Assembly: GCA_021157685.1 (NCBI GenBank)
Contig: JAGGWF010000095.1
Span: 1-37,268, forward strand
Length of the DNA stretch: 37,268 bases
DNA from: Planctomycetota bacterium
GTDB lineage: Bacteria > Planctomycetota > Phycisphaerae > Sedimentisphaerales > Anaerohalosphaeraceae
Reading direction: 5' to 3'
This document shows positions 1-11,935 of this stretch, in pieces. Position 1 is the stretch's first letter. Each line of letters begins with the position of its first letter. The position numbers and the translations under genes were made by a program. The notes under the pieces were generated by a model, which made no database searches, had not been told where the DNA came from, and saw only the letters and a program-made list of their open reading frames with translations.

Positions 1-788
1 ATCCGCTGGCATTCATCGATCAGGTTTTCCGTATCCGGCCCTGAAGCGCCGGTTTCGTCAAAATCTTTTCGCAGGATGTATTGGGTCGCAATACGGCTAT
101 CGGCATGAAGCTCTAAATGATCCAGCATTCGCGTCATCAGGTAGAGTCGGGATGGTGTGAAGGACTGATACAGAAGGCGGTAAATCACATTGGGACGGGC
201 GCCAGCGTCGATGAGCGCTGCGGCGGTGTGAAAGATACGGCTGTCGGTATTGCCGAACTTGAACCAGCCGGTATCGGTGGACAGCGCGATAAAGATGGAT
301 TCGGCGATGCGTTCGGTAATGTCCCAGTCGGCATATTTGATCAGCTCAAATACAATTTCGCCCGCCGCGGCAGCTTCGGCATCAAGCAGTTTGACATGGC
401 CAAGATTATCACCGGTGATATGATGGTCGATCACGAGAATTTTCTTGCCGCAATCTCCCAGCCAGTCGGCAAGCCCGGGCAACTGGACAGCGCTGTCGGT
501 ATCGACAATAATGACAAGATCGACATCGCGATAGACTTCTGACAGTTTTTCGGGCTGGACATCATTGCCGAGAATGGCCGGTTTTTCGTCAAAAAGTGAT
601 TCATACCACGCCGCCAAGGGCGACATAAACAGCGGCTGTACTTTCTTGCCAAACTGCTGCATCACCTCCGTCATCGCCCGGACGCACCCGCACGCATCGC
701 CATCCGGACGAATGTGCGTAGTCAGCAGCACACTGTTGGCATCATTGATCAGATCAACCGCATTTTGAAATGTCTCATTGCTGGGCAT
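1..788 (-). CDS. nrnA: DHH-family phosphoesterase (NrnA-like oligoribonuclease/pAp phosphatase); C-terminus lies outside the window
   Basis: Absent from the ORF track because there is no stop in the window. My translation from ATG 786-788 gives MPSNETFQNAVDLINDANSVLLTTHIRPDGDACGC...LVIIVDTD...VIDHHITGDN...LSTDTGWFKF, which contains DHH motifs I-IV. The frame stays open to base 1. Confidence 0.8.
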   Translation of the reverse strand, partial: MPSNETFQNAVDLINDANSVLLTTHIRPDGDACGCVRAMTEVMQQFGKKVQPLFMSPLAAWYESLFDEKPAILGNDVQPEKLSEVYRDVDLVIIVDTDSAVQLPGLADWLGDCGKKILVIDHHITGDNLGHVKLLDAEAAAAGEIVFELIKYADWDITERIAESIFIALSTDTGWFKFGNTDSRIFHTAAALIDAGARPNVIYRLLYQSFTPSRLYLMTRMLDHLELHADSRIATQYILRKDFDETGASGPDTENLIDECQR

Positions 789-796
789 AACCGTTT

Positions 797-1375
797 TTAA
801 TCCTTTGCTTCTTGAATTGCCTTATTGAGTAATTCCAATACAGAAAGTTTCGACGCCCAACCCCACAGATAGTCCATATCCAGTTTATCCTGTCGGTTTT
901 CCAGAACACCTAAAATGTCATTCCATTGTTTTTGGGAAACCGCCCCGCCGTCGGTATACCATTGAAGTTTTAACAGAATAATATCCTCAGGCGAAACAAG
1001 ATCATACATTTTATCCGAACTGTCTTCAAGAGCGACTTTTTCGCGTCGTAACAAAATCTGCCTTTTGAAAGGATCATCCGAGACAATAAAAACATCAATC
1101 TTAAAAGCAGTATCGAGGTAAATCACATTAAAGCTCGATGCGTTATGATGTGCCTGCTGAACGGCCTGTTGGCTGACATAAAAAGCACTTTCTACGGCTT
1201 GGCAAAATTCAGCTATCTGACCGCCAAACGCCGCGACCGATATATCCGCATCCTGTGTAAATCGTATCTGACCATATACAGAACTGGCAACAGAACCACC
1301 AATTGCATAAGTAATCTTTAGCTCGTCGAGAATACCAACGAATGCTTCAATGGCCGGATCAAATACGCTATCCAT
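797..1375 (-). CDS. Minimal nucleotidyltransferase-fold protein (about 192 aa) of unknown function
   Basis: The track ORF is 797..1447, but the likely start is ATG 1373-1375 (MDSVFDP...), which overlaps the upstream stop. It has a pol-beta NTase signature: AIGGSVASSVYG then FTQDADISV, with a later acidic strand KIDVF, followed by a helical C-terminal half. Confidence 0.6.
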   Translation of the reverse strand: MDSVFDPAIEAFVGILDELKITYAIGGSVASSVYGQIRFTQDADISVAAFGGQIAEFCQAVESAFYVSQQAVQQAHHNASSFNVIYLDTAFKIDVFIVSDDPFKRQILLRREKVALEDSSDKMYDLVSPEDIILLKLQWYTDGGAVSQKQWNDILGVLENRQDKLDMDYLWGWASKLSVLELLNKAIQEAKD

Positions 1376-1610
1376 CTCTATCCCCATAAGCCGCTTGATA
1401 GAGTTCTTCGCCGAGATGCTGTTTGGCCCAAAGATGCCAAATCTCATCCTTATTAGCCTGCGGGTGGAGTTGACGAAGTCCCGCCATCGCTAACTGCTGC
1501 CCCATTCGCATCGCATTGCCAATCAGCTTCCATTTTTTAGCTGGAGACATATTACGATAAAGCTGCGTAACTATATCTGCGGCTTGTTTTGAAGTATCCC
1601 GAGTCCTCAT
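1368..1610 (-). CDS. Small (80 aa) helical protein, partner of the downstream NTase
   Basis: ATG at 1608-1610 with AAGG upstream. Its TAG stop (1368-1370) overlaps the NTase ATG in the string ATGGATAG. I recognise no domain. Confidence 0.5.
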   Translation of the reverse strand: MRTRDTSKQAADIVTQLYRNMSPAKKWKLIGNAMRMGQQLAMAGLRQLHPQANKDEIWHLWAKQHLGEELYQAAYGDRDG

Positions 1611-1682
1611 ACGAAAAACCTTACACTGTATATCTCAATTGTCCCTACCATATAGTCATTAAACGGGATTTGGGGGTGGAAT

Positions 1683-1958
1683 TCAATAGGTAATCCGGAA
1701 ATCATGGTATTGCGGATTGACGGGCTGGTCGGTCGTATTGATATCGCGAAAATAGCCGCCGAAAGCGTCTTTCAGGTCGTCAAGGCAGGCCTGAATGTTG
1801 GGCTTGGTTCCCTGCAGAAAGGCCTCGACCGAACCGTCGGGGCAGTTCCGCACAAAACCGGTCAGGTCGTAACGGCTCGCCGCACGCTGGGCGGTATAGC
1901 GAAAACCAACGCCCTGAACTCGGCCGGTGAAAATGATCTGTTTGGCAGTTTGATTCAT
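1683..1958 (-). CDS. acyP: Acylphosphatase
   Basis: Signatures GRVQGVGFR and GFVRNCPDGSVE. The probable start is ATG 1956-1958 (MNQTAKQ), inside the longer track ORF. Confidence 0.85.
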   Translation of the reverse strand: MNQTAKQIIFTGRVQGVGFRYTAQRAASRYDLTGFVRNCPDGSVEAFLQGTKPNIQACLDDLKDAFGGYFRDINTTDQPVNPQYHDFRITY

Positions 1959-2052
1959 CGTTTTCCACGGCCAAGCACAGCTTGACCGTGCCACCCATCG
2001 CTAACTTTGGATCGTCGTCGCATTTCGGGCGGTTCACGCCGCCGCGCTGTTG

Positions 2053-2802
2053 TTACTGGAATTGGGTCAGGATGTCTTCGGGGATGTCAAAGTTGGCATA
2101 GACCTCCTGCACATCATCGTGGTCCTCGAAATCCTCGAGTAAATTCAGAAGTTTGCGGGCGGTGTCCGCATCAGCAACCGGGATTGTACTGTCCGGTATC
2201 TTCGAAAGCTCAGAAGTTTCCAGCGGGATTTGCTTTTCCTCCAGCGCTGCTTTTAATTCATCGTAGCTTTCCGGCTCACAAGTAATCTCGTAAACCTCAC
2301 CGATATTCTCAAAATCATCGGCTCCGGCGGTCAGGACAATGTCCATGAGCGTTTCTTCGTCCGCCGCATCGGTCTTAACCGTTATCAGGCCCTTTTTCTT
2401 GAACATATAGCTAACACATCCGCTGGCACCCAATGAGCCGCCGCGTTTTTCAAAGATTTTTTTGATCTCCGGAGCGGTACGGTTACGGTTGTCGGTTATT
2501 CCCTCGACCATGATCGCCACACCGCCGGGAGCGTATCCCTCGTACAGCACATCGACATATTCAATCGCGCCCAGGTCGCCGGTTCCTTTTTTGATGGCTT
2601 TTTCAATCGTATCCTTGGGCATATTGGCACTCTTGGCCTTGTCGATTGCATAGCGCAAGGTCAGATTCTGCCCGGGGTCGCCACCGCCAGCCTTGGCGGC
2701 AAGGATGATCATGCGAGCGATCTTGCTCCATATTCGACCGCGTTTCGCATCGTTGGCAGCTTTTTTATGTTTAATACCTGCCCAGTGAGAATGTCCTGAC
2801 AT
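2053..2802 (-). CDS. yebC: YebC/PmpR-family transcriptional regulator
   Basis: MSGHSHWAGIKHKKAANDAKRG... is the canonical YebC N-terminus, and the 249 aa length fits. Confidence 0.95.
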   Translation of the reverse strand: MSGHSHWAGIKHKKAANDAKRGRIWSKIARMIILAAKAGGGDPGQNLTLRYAIDKAKSANMPKDTIEKAIKKGTGDLGAIEYVDVLYEGYAPGGVAIMVEGITDNRNRTAPEIKKIFEKRGGSLGASGCVSYMFKKKGLITVKTDAADEETLMDIVLTAGADDFENIGEVYEITCEPESYDELKAALEEKQIPLETSELSKIPDSTIPVADADTARKLLNLLEDFEDHDDVQEVYANFDIPEDILTQFQ

Positions 2803-2834
2803 TTTTGTTATCCTTTAAGCAAACTTCTGTGTTT

Positions 2835-3734
2835 TCAGTGAATCACTTTATTTAGCGGATAGGTAATAATACCCGAAGCACCCGCGCGTTTGAGTTCCGG
2901 GATAATCTCCCTGTCAATTTTTTCATCGACAATAATTTCAACAGCAATATATTCACTATCAACAAGATTAGAAATCGTCGGGCTTTTTTCCGCCGGAAGA
3001 ATTTTAAGAATCGTATCAATATCCCCCTTCTTAACATTCATCTTCATACCAACAAGCGTCTTGGCGTCAATCGCCGCGTTCAGGAGGATCGCGATGTTTT
3101 CGATTTTCCTGTGTTTGAAATCATCCGCCCAAGCGGCTTTATTTGAGATGAACCGGGTCGTCGAAGTAAGGAGCGTATCGAGTACTTTGAGATTATTCGC
3201 TTTGAGCGACGAACCGGTTTCGGTCAGTTCAACGATACCACTGACCAGGCGGGCCTTGACCTCTGTCGCACCCCAGCTGAATTCAACTTTTACATTAATG
3301 CCTTTATCAGCAAAGTACTTCTTCGTCGCACCCACCAGTTCCGTCGCAATGATACCACCTTCAAGGTCTTCGGGTTTATTAATATCGGATTCGTTCGGCA
3401 CGGCAAGAACCCACTTCGTAGGTTTGCTCGTGGCCTTGCTATAAAGAAGTTCACAGACCTCGTGGACATCTGAATTGTTTTCCATAATCCAGTCATGACC
3501 GGTAAATCCCGCGTCCAGCACGCCGTCTTCAATATAGCGGCTCATTTCTTGGGCACGCAGCATAATCAACTGTATCTGCGGGTCATCGATACGGGGAAAA
3601 TAACTGCGTTCATAACCGGAGATATTAAAACCGGCCCGTTCAAACAAATCAAAGGTCGCTTTTTGTAAACTGCCCTTTGGGATTCCTAATTTAAGTACTT
3701 TCTCTGACAAAACTCTACCTTTCCATACAAACAA
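2835..3734 (-). CDS. hisG: ATP phosphoribosyltransferase, long form
   Basis: LKLGIPKGSLQKATFDLFERAGF..., 299 aa with a C-terminal regulatory domain. The start is uncertain: TTG at 3734 or a TTG about 27 nt downstream behind AAAGG. Confidence 0.9.
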   Translation of the reverse strand: MFVWKGRVLSEKVLKLGIPKGSLQKATFDLFERAGFNISGYERSYFPRIDDPQIQLIMLRAQEMSRYIEDGVLDAGFTGHDWIMENNSDVHEVCELLYSKATSKPTKWVLAVPNESDINKPEDLEGGIIATELVGATKKYFADKGINVKVEFSWGATEVKARLVSGIVELTETGSSLKANNLKVLDTLLTSTTRFISNKAAWADDFKHRKIENIAILLNAAIDAKTLVGMKMNVKKGDIDTILKILPAEKSPTISNLVDSEYIAVEIIVDEKIDREIIPELKRAGASGIITYPLNKVIH

Positions 3735-3752
3735 TAAATGTTTATTGCATTC

Positions 3753-4538
3753 TTATTTTCTGGCCGCTTTCTTCTTCACGGCGGTCTTCTTTTTTGTAAC
3801 CGTTTTTTTCTTTGCTGTTGTTTTCTTTTTCACACTTGGTTTCTTTTTGGCAACGGTTTTCTTCTTTACCATTGTTTTCTTTTTCGCGGCCACTTTTTTC
3901 TTTGCGGTCGCCTTCTTTATTTTAGAGGCCGACAGAGCTTGCTCGGCCTCGATCCGCAGAAACAAGTAAAAGTCATACGCGTCGGCAGCGCCAACCTGCC
4001 GTTCCAGAAAACCGGAAATCTCTATATCGGTCGCACTGGGATACACCAGGTCACCCGCCCGAAGATAGTCCAGCATTTTCGCATTGAGCGGAACCGCATG
4101 ACCGCCCATCGCCGTCAAAAAGCAGTAACTCACCGCAAAAGGGGTGATCCCTTCCATCTCGGAGAGTTCCTTGTGTGCCTGTCGTTTTCCATCCTGAACC
4201 AATCCCTCCAAACTCACCCGGTTTCTTTTCTCAAAGATCGCATTCAATGTCTGAGTGATAGCCGCAGCACTTTTTTCAAACTCCTCAGAAGAATCCTTAA
4301 ATACATCGAAAATTTCTTCTCTGCGAGAAACACGCAGATCATTAAAATCAACAAAGTGCTTCATCATTCGTCGGTAGAGCCGCCCACCCGCAACTTCGGG
4401 CATGGACTCACTGACCAGCGCATACACAACCGCCTCAATCGGATCGCCATACTTCGGCATCGGCTGTTTGGTTGACTTGCGTTTCAGCAAATTAAACAGC
4501 TTGGTTACTTTTGGACTGTATTTTTTGCTATTCTTCAT
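3753..4538 (-). CDS. HhH/endonuclease-III-like fold protein with a histone-H1-like lysine-rich C-terminal tail
   Basis: The likely start is MKNSKKYS (ATG near 4538), just after the rbfA stop. The core resembles the HhH-GPD superfamily (DPIEAVVYALVSE..., FVDFNDLRVSRREEI). The last ~57 aa are (A/V/T)KKK units. Confidence 0.6.
   Translation of the reverse strand: MKNSKKYSPKVTKLFNLLKRKSTKQPMPKYGDPIEAVVYALVSESMPEVAGGRLYRRMMKHFVDFNDLRVSRREEIFDVFKDSSEEFEKSAAAITQTLNAIFEKRNRVSLEGLVQDGKRQAHKELSEMEGITPFAVSYCFLTAMGGHAVPLNAKMLDYLRAGDLVYPSATDIEISGFLERQVGAADAYDFYLFLRIEAEQALSASKIKKATAKKKVAAKKKTMVKKKTVAKKKPSVKKKTTAKKKTVTKKKTAVKKKAARK
3756..3926 (-). repeat. Coding low-complexity repeat: about eight (A/V/T)KKKxx units at ~18-nt spacing
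   Basis: It translates as SKIKKATAKKKVAAKKKTMVKKKTVAKKKPSVKKKTTAKKKTVTKKKTAVKKKAARK. The plus strand shows the matching T-rich periodicity. Confidence 0.9.
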
Positions 4539-4554
4539 AAGCTTCGCCCTGTCA

Positions 4555-4950
4555 TCATTCTTCCATATCTTCCGGCGTCTCCAGCAACGAATGCGCGGAG
4601 TATTCGTGTTCGGCCTCTTCAATCAGCCGGAGCGTCTCTAGCGTTTTCTTGACTTTCTGATCCTGTTTAAACCTCAATTGGGGACAACACTTCCCCGTCA
4701 GTTCACCACTCAACTGGTGCTGGAAATGAGCGCTCGCATGGCACAGTGCTTCAAATATCGTATCCTGCCCGCGATTTTCCGGCGTCAGAATACTCAGGTA
4801 AATTGTCGCGTTTTTCATATCCGGCGACACATCCACCTCGGTTACACTAATCAGGCCGTGAATACGAGGATCACTCAGCCCGGTCAGAATCGTTTTACTG
4901 ACGGATTCCCGAATAACCCGTGCGACCTTTTGTTGTCTTCTAGATGCCAT
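4555..4950 (-). CDS. rbfA: Ribosome-binding factor A
   Basis: MASRRQQKVARVIRESVSKTILTGLSDPRI...VTEVDVSPDMKNATIYLS, and it lies downstream of infB. Confidence 0.9.
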   Translation of the reverse strand: MASRRQQKVARVIRESVSKTILTGLSDPRIHGLISVTEVDVSPDMKNATIYLSILTPENRGQDTIFEALCHASAHFQHQLSGELTGKCCPQLRFKQDQKVKKTLETLRLIEEAEHEYSAHSLLETPEDMEE

Positions 4951-4984
4951 CTTATTTTAGCTTCCCCGGTTTTGGACATCATAA

Positions 4985-7657
4985 CTAAAGTGTTCTGGCG
5001 ATTTCCACAATCTCAAATGCTTCAAATTCATCGTCGATCTTGATATCATTGTACCCGGCGATTTTGATCCCGCACTCAAGGCCAGACTTGACCTCACGGA
5101 CATCATCCTTGAAATGCTTAAGCGTTTCAATCACGCAATCACCCTTGACAACAATGTTATTACGAATGAGCTTGAGTTTCGCGTTTTTACTGACCAGACC
5201 GCTACTGACGAAACACCCGGCAATGGTCCCAACACTGGAAACCTTAAATGTATTCCGAACGACCAACCGACCCAGTGATTTCTCTTGGAATTCCGGCTCC
5301 AGAAGACCCACCATCGCAGCCTTAAGATCCTCGGTAATTCGATAGATAATACTGTAGAGCCGGATATTAACTTTTTTGCTGTCGGCCACCTGCCGCACCC
5401 GTTCATCGGGTACAACATTGAAGCCAATAATAATCGCTTCGGACGCCTCGGCCAGCACCACATCGCCTTCGGTTACACCGCCCACGGCAGCATGAATAAT
5501 TTTGATCTTGACCTCGTCGGTACTCAGGTCCGTCAGATATTTAATCAATACATCGACAGACCCCTGTACATCGGCCTTAACGATGAGATTGAGCTCTTTG
5601 ATATTACCCGCTTCAATGTGCGAGAACAAATTATCCAGCGTTACGATGGACCGCCTTGCCAGTCCTTCTTCGCGAATTGTGTGCCGGACCTGTTCGGCCG
5701 CTGTTTTTGCCTGATTAATATCCGGCAGAGAGAAGAATTTATCTCCCGCCGCAGGTACATTGTCCAGACCGGTAATTTCAACCGGCATCGAAGGGACGGC
5801 CTTTTTCACACTGCGGCCGCGGCTGTCGGTCATCGTGCGAATGCGTCCGGAAGCACCGCCGGCCAGAATCACCGAACCTTTCTCAAGCGTGCCCTCTTTG
5901 ACCAGCACGGTCGCAAGCGGCCCTTTGGTCGGGGACATTTGGGCCTCAACAACCCATCCCTGCGCAGGAATGGTTGGGTCGGCCTGATAATCACTCAGCT
6001 CGGCCTGATAATCCAGATGTTCAATCAGTTCCTCAATTCCATCACCCGTTATCGCGCTGGTTTTGACAATCTCTGTATTGCCGCTCCATTCAGCCGGGGT
6101 TAACTCGTGTTCGGCCAACTGACCATAGATACGGTTAAAATCCACGCCGGGAATATCGCACTTGTTGAGTGCGACGATAATCGAAACCCCTGCCGCCTTG
6201 GCGTGGTGAATCGCTTCAACCGTTTGCGGCATCACACCGTCATCAGCAGCGGTCACCAAAACAACGATATCGGTCATATTGGCACCGCGGGCGCGCATCG
6301 CTGTAAACGCTTCGTGGCCCGGTGTATCGAGGAAAGTTACTTTCTTACCGTTGAGTTCTATCTGATAGGCACCAATGTGCTGGGTAATACCGCCGGCCTC
6401 GCCGGAAGCAACACTGGTACTGCGAATTTTATCCAGCAAGCTGGTTTTGCCGTGGTCCACATGCCCAAGCATCGTAACGATTGGCGGGCGTTTTTTGAGC
6501 TTTTTGCACTCGCGCGCGTCAAACTGCTCCTGAATCTCTTCGAGAACACCCTTTTTGCGTACAATGGTCAGCTCCGTGCCATATTCCAGAGCCACCAACT
6601 CGGCAGCGTCTGTGGAAATGGCCTGATTCGCCGTCGCCATCACACCCTGCGACATAAGCTTTCTAATAACCTCTCCCACCTTGAGCGCCAATGCGGCCGA
6701 CAAATCCTTCACCAAAACGGGTTCAGAAACCGTTGCTTTCTCCGGCCGCTCCACATGCGAAACCACATCCCCGGCTCTTCTTGCTTCGATGCGTCGAGAC
6801 GGTTTAACCCGTGTCGTCTCGCCCCGAGCCGCCGCCAGACGCGCCTTGCGTTCTTCGAGATCACGCGAGCGCACCCGCTTTATGTCGCCGCGACGCTGTG
6901 AATCTCTATCCGTCGATCCTTTATCTTTTTTACGCCCATGGGTTTTGGCTTTCCCGGCCTTTTTGCCCTTGGCTGGCGCATCCTGACTGGGTAGAAGCGG
7001 CTGCGTAGCCGGCTGGTCATAACGGGGGCGAGGCGCTCGGCGTCGTGTGGGCCGCGTGTCGGCTTCGACTTTTTCAACACGAATAACCGTCGGACCTTTA
7101 AGGACCGCCGGTTCAGGTTTTTCTAACATAGGGCCAGCAGGAACAATCTTTTCCAGCTCTTTGGGTTCTTCCGTTTTTTTTGTTTTCTTTGCCTCTGCCT
7201 TTAGTGCAGCCGCTTTCGTTATTTTCTTGACCGGTTCAGCTTCAGCCGGAACTGCTTCGGCGTCCGTTTCTGTCGTCGCACCATCCGGCACGGCGGCTGT
7301 TTCCGTCGCCTCTTCCTGAACAGCCTCAGCAGAAACAGGGGCTTCTTCGATAACGGCTTCTTCTGCAGCAGGCAGGGTTTGTTCGGCTTCAGTCACCTCC
7401 TGGGTTTCTTCCTTCTTGACAACCTTTTTGCGTTTGACGCGAACCTTCTTCAGGTCTACTCGTGTCGCAACCTCAACAGTCGTGGAGTGGGCGCCTTCAC
7501 TAAACCATTCACGAATGGTCGCAGCCAGACCCACAGAAATCGTTGACATATGATTCTTGATCTGGTCCAGTCCTTCGGCCTGGCACTTTTCAATAATGGC
7601 CTTGCTCTTAACGCTTAATTCCTTGGCCAACAAATGGACTCGTGTGCTTTTAGCCAA
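4985..7657 (-). CDS. infB: Translation initiation factor IF-2
   Basis: G-domain motifs [20 protein letters not shown] and NKCD. It has an acidic/Ala-rich N-terminal region and a TTG start behind AGGAG. Confidence 0.97.
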   Translation of the reverse strand: MAKSTRVHLLAKELSVKSKAIIEKCQAEGLDQIKNHMSTISVGLAATIREWFSEGAHSTTVEVATRVDLKKVRVKRKKVVKKEETQEVTEAEQTLPAAEEAVIEEAPVSAEAVQEEATETAAVPDGATTETDAEAVPAEAEPVKKITKAAALKAEAKKTKKTEEPKELEKIVPAGPMLEKPEPAVLKGPTVIRVEKVEADTRPTRRRAPRPRYDQPATQPLLPSQDAPAKGKKAGKAKTHGRKKDKGSTDRDSQRRGDIKRVRSRDLEERKARLAAARGETTRVKPSRRIEARRAGDVVSHVERPEKATVSEPVLVKDLSAALALKVGEVIRKLMSQGVMATANQAISTDAAELVALEYGTELTIVRKKGVLEEIQEQFDARECKKLKKRPPIVTMLGHVDHGKTSLLDKIRSTSVASGEAGGITQHIGAYQIELNGKKVTFLDTPGHEAFTAMRARGANMTDIVVLVTAADDGVMPQTVEAIHHAKAAGVSIIVALNKCDIPGVDFNRIYGQLAEHELTPAEWSGNTEIVKTSAITGDGIEELIEHLDYQAELSDYQADPTIPAQGWVVEAQMSPTKGPLATVLVKEGTLEKGSVILAGGASGRIRTMTDSRGRSVKKAVPSMPVEITGLDNVPAAGDKFFSLPDINQAKTAAEQVRHTIREEGLARRSIVTLDNLFSHIEAGNIKELNLIVKADVQGSVDVLIKYLTDLSTDEVKIKIIHAAVGGVTEGDVVLAEASEAIIIGFNVVPDERVRQVADSKKVNIRLYSIIYRITEDLKAAMVGLLEPEFQEKSLGRLVVRNTFKVSSVGTIAGCFVSSGLVSKNAKLKLIRNNIVVKGDCVIETLKHFKDDVREVKSGLECGIKIAGYNDIKIDDEFEAFEIVEIARTL

Positions 7658-7717
7658 AACCGTCTCCTAATCGCAACTGCTGATTATTTAGCAACTCAAG
7701 TTAAACCGATAGTCGGT

Positions 7718-8938
7718 TTAATTTGATTTGTCCTTTTCCTGTTTCAATATGTCTTCGGCCTGCGTTGGATTCTCCTCGACAGTCGCCTCTTTAGCAGCTT
7801 CCTCCGCTGCAGTGATAATCTTCTGGGCCAATTCCTGATCAATCTGAAGTTCCTCGACCAACGGGGCGGACCCAACTTCTTCCAGATCAAGTACAGAAAT
7901 AACCCCCAACGCCAGCAGATTATCCACAAAGCTATCATCGATCCCTTCGAGACCTTTAATACAGCTCACCAACCGGTCAACTTCTTTGTTATACTCAGTG
8001 GGGGTCAGAATGTCGATGTCCCACCCAGTCAACCGAGCCGCCAAGCGAACATTCTGTCCGTGCTTACCAATAGCCAAACTTAGTTGATCTTCGGTAACGA
8101 CAACCGTCGCACGACCCAGTTCAAAGCAAATCGCGATCTCGCTGACCTTCGCTGGCGCTAAGGCATTAGCGATCAATACCTGTGACGAATCACTCCAGCG
8201 AACAATATCAATTTTTTCGCCACCAATTTCGTCCACAATATTACGGATGCGGCTGCCACGAACGCCTACACATGCCCCGACCGGATCCACCTTATCATCC
8301 AGCGTTTCCACAGCGACTTTCGTACGATAACCGGATTCACGAGCCAGCGATTTGAGCTCAATAATCCCCTCGGCCACTTCCGGCACTTCCAGTTCAAACA
8401 ATCGACGAATAAAATCAGGATGCGTTCGGGACAGAACAATCTTGACCTGGTTCGATGATTCCCGTACATCAAGGATCATCGCACGGATGCGTTCTGAGGG
8501 ATGGTGCGATTCACCGGTAATCTGCTCGGCTCTCGGCATAATCGCCTCGACCCGGCTTTCAAGATTGACAATCAGGGAACCACCCTCGAAACGGGCCACT
8601 GTCCCGCTGGCGATCTCGCCTTTTCGCTGAACATACTGAGCAAAAATGCTGTCGCGCTCATCGGCCTTGATCTTCTGGATCATGACCTGCTTGGCCGTTT
8701 GCGCGGGAATACGGCCTAATTTTTGAATGTCAATCTCGTCGTCATCCTTAAACGCTCGGATTGTTCCACTGGTCCGGTCGATACTTACCACAATCTCCAC
8801 CTCAGAAGTCGGCTGCACACCAAAGTGCTTCCGCGCTGCAGATACCATCGCCGTTTCCAGATCCTGAAAAATCGACTCTTTGTCGATATTCTTATCCCTA
8901 GAAATATTTTCTACAATCCTAATTAATTCCTGATTCAT
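7718..8938 (-). CDS. nusA: Transcription termination/antitermination factor NusA
   Basis: S1 and two KH motifs (GACVGVRGSRI, IGKHGQNVRLA). The preferred start is ATG 8936-8938 (MNQELIRIVE) behind AAGGA; the track ORF begins at TTG 8962. Confidence 0.95.
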   Translation of the reverse strand: MNQELIRIVENISRDKNIDKESIFQDLETAMVSAARKHFGVQPTSEVEIVVSIDRTSGTIRAFKDDDEIDIQKLGRIPAQTAKQVMIQKIKADERDSIFAQYVQRKGEIASGTVARFEGGSLIVNLESRVEAIMPRAEQITGESHHPSERIRAMILDVRESSNQVKIVLSRTHPDFIRRLFELEVPEVAEGIIELKSLARESGYRTKVAVETLDDKVDPVGACVGVRGSRIRNIVDEIGGEKIDIVRWSDSSQVLIANALAPAKVSEIAICFELGRATVVVTEDQLSLAIGKHGQNVRLAARLTGWDIDILTPTEYNKEVDRLVSCIKGLEGIDDSFVDNLLALGVISVLDLEEVGSAPLVEELQIDQELAQKIITAAEEAAKEATVEENPTQAEDILKQEKDKSN

Positions 8939-8960
8939 ATTGTCCTTTTTCCCTCTCGTC

Positions 8961-8992
8961 AAATAAAAAAGCGGAAACCTTCAGGTTACCAC
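8961..8992 (-). terminator. Intrinsic-terminator-like hairpin plus U-tract in the nusA leader
   Basis: The minus strand reads GTGGTAACC-TGAA-GGTTTCCGC. That is a 9-bp stem with one T.T mismatch and one G.U pair, followed directly by TTTTTTATTT. It ends about 23 nt before the nusA ATG. Confidence 0.4.
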
Positions 8993-9439
8993 TTCGACTT
9001 ACACGCAAACGCACTCGGATCCCGGGAAAATCAATTTCCGGGCCGGGTTGAACAAATTTGTCCTACCCTGTTTTCATCGCACCCTCCCAATAGGCGTTCC
9101 GCAAAGTCCCTGAAGAGTATCTATTCAAAAGCAACCGACAACGCAGAGCCAACGGCCCGACGCAGTGCATTGTAACACTATACGGATGCACGACTTACTT
9201 TTCCTGTCTGAATCATCATATTACACCTTTCCACTTCGCTGTTTACGGCAAAGAAACCGTTATTATAGGCAAGGGCCATAGTATGTCAAGCGTTAATCAC
9301 CGGCAAACTTTGGATATATTTGCGCATTACCGTATCTATTTCGCCCCTTTTTTAGTGCAAATGTCAGGTAAACAGGCCATGGCCTGACAGGCGGTTTTTG
9401 AGAGGGGGAGGGATTAGTATTAATGTGAGAGGATTCTAA

Positions 9440-9467
9440 TTGACATTTTGACAACAACCGATAGTAT
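9440..9467 (+). promoter_or_regulatory. Sigma70-like promoter candidate for icd
   Basis: TTGACA (9440-9445), a 16-nt spacer, then TAGTAT (9462-9467), about 95 nt upstream of the icd ATG. Confidence 0.3.
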
Positions 9468-9530
9468 GCAGGCGTAATAACACTTCGGCATGAATACCCT
9501 AACAACCCTAAAATGAATCCTAATCCTTGA

Positions 9531-11789
<2,259 letters not shown>

Positions 11790-11935
11790 AACCATGTTTC
11801 AATGGCGGCAAAGGCGGTCCACTGCCCCTTATCATTTAATTTGACATCGGCTTATGATTCCGGTTAAAATATTCCGCCTTGGAAGATTGTCGAGATTTAT
11901 GATTTTTAAAGCTCTGGATTTACGGGAATGTCCGC

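Noticed and set aside
117-542. 141-aa plus-strand ORF
   Set aside because: It lies antisense to the DHH (nrnA-like) reading frame, which has clear motifs. This is a shadow ORF.
3738-4475. 245-aa Phe/Leu/Cys-rich plus-strand ORF (and 3745..3969)
   Set aside because: It is the reverse-complement shadow of the Lys-rich (AAG/AAA) tail and core of the minus-strand gene, with an implausible composition.
5285-6901. Two long plus-strand ORFs (272 and 264 aa) inside infB
   Set aside because: They are antisense to a gene with unmistakable IF-2 G-domain motifs. No domain is recognisable and no RBS is evident.
9293-9505. 70-aa minus-strand ORF in the nusA/icd intergenic region, considered as a rimP candidate
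   Set aside because: It has no resemblance to RimP, no RBS, and overlaps the putative icd promoter.
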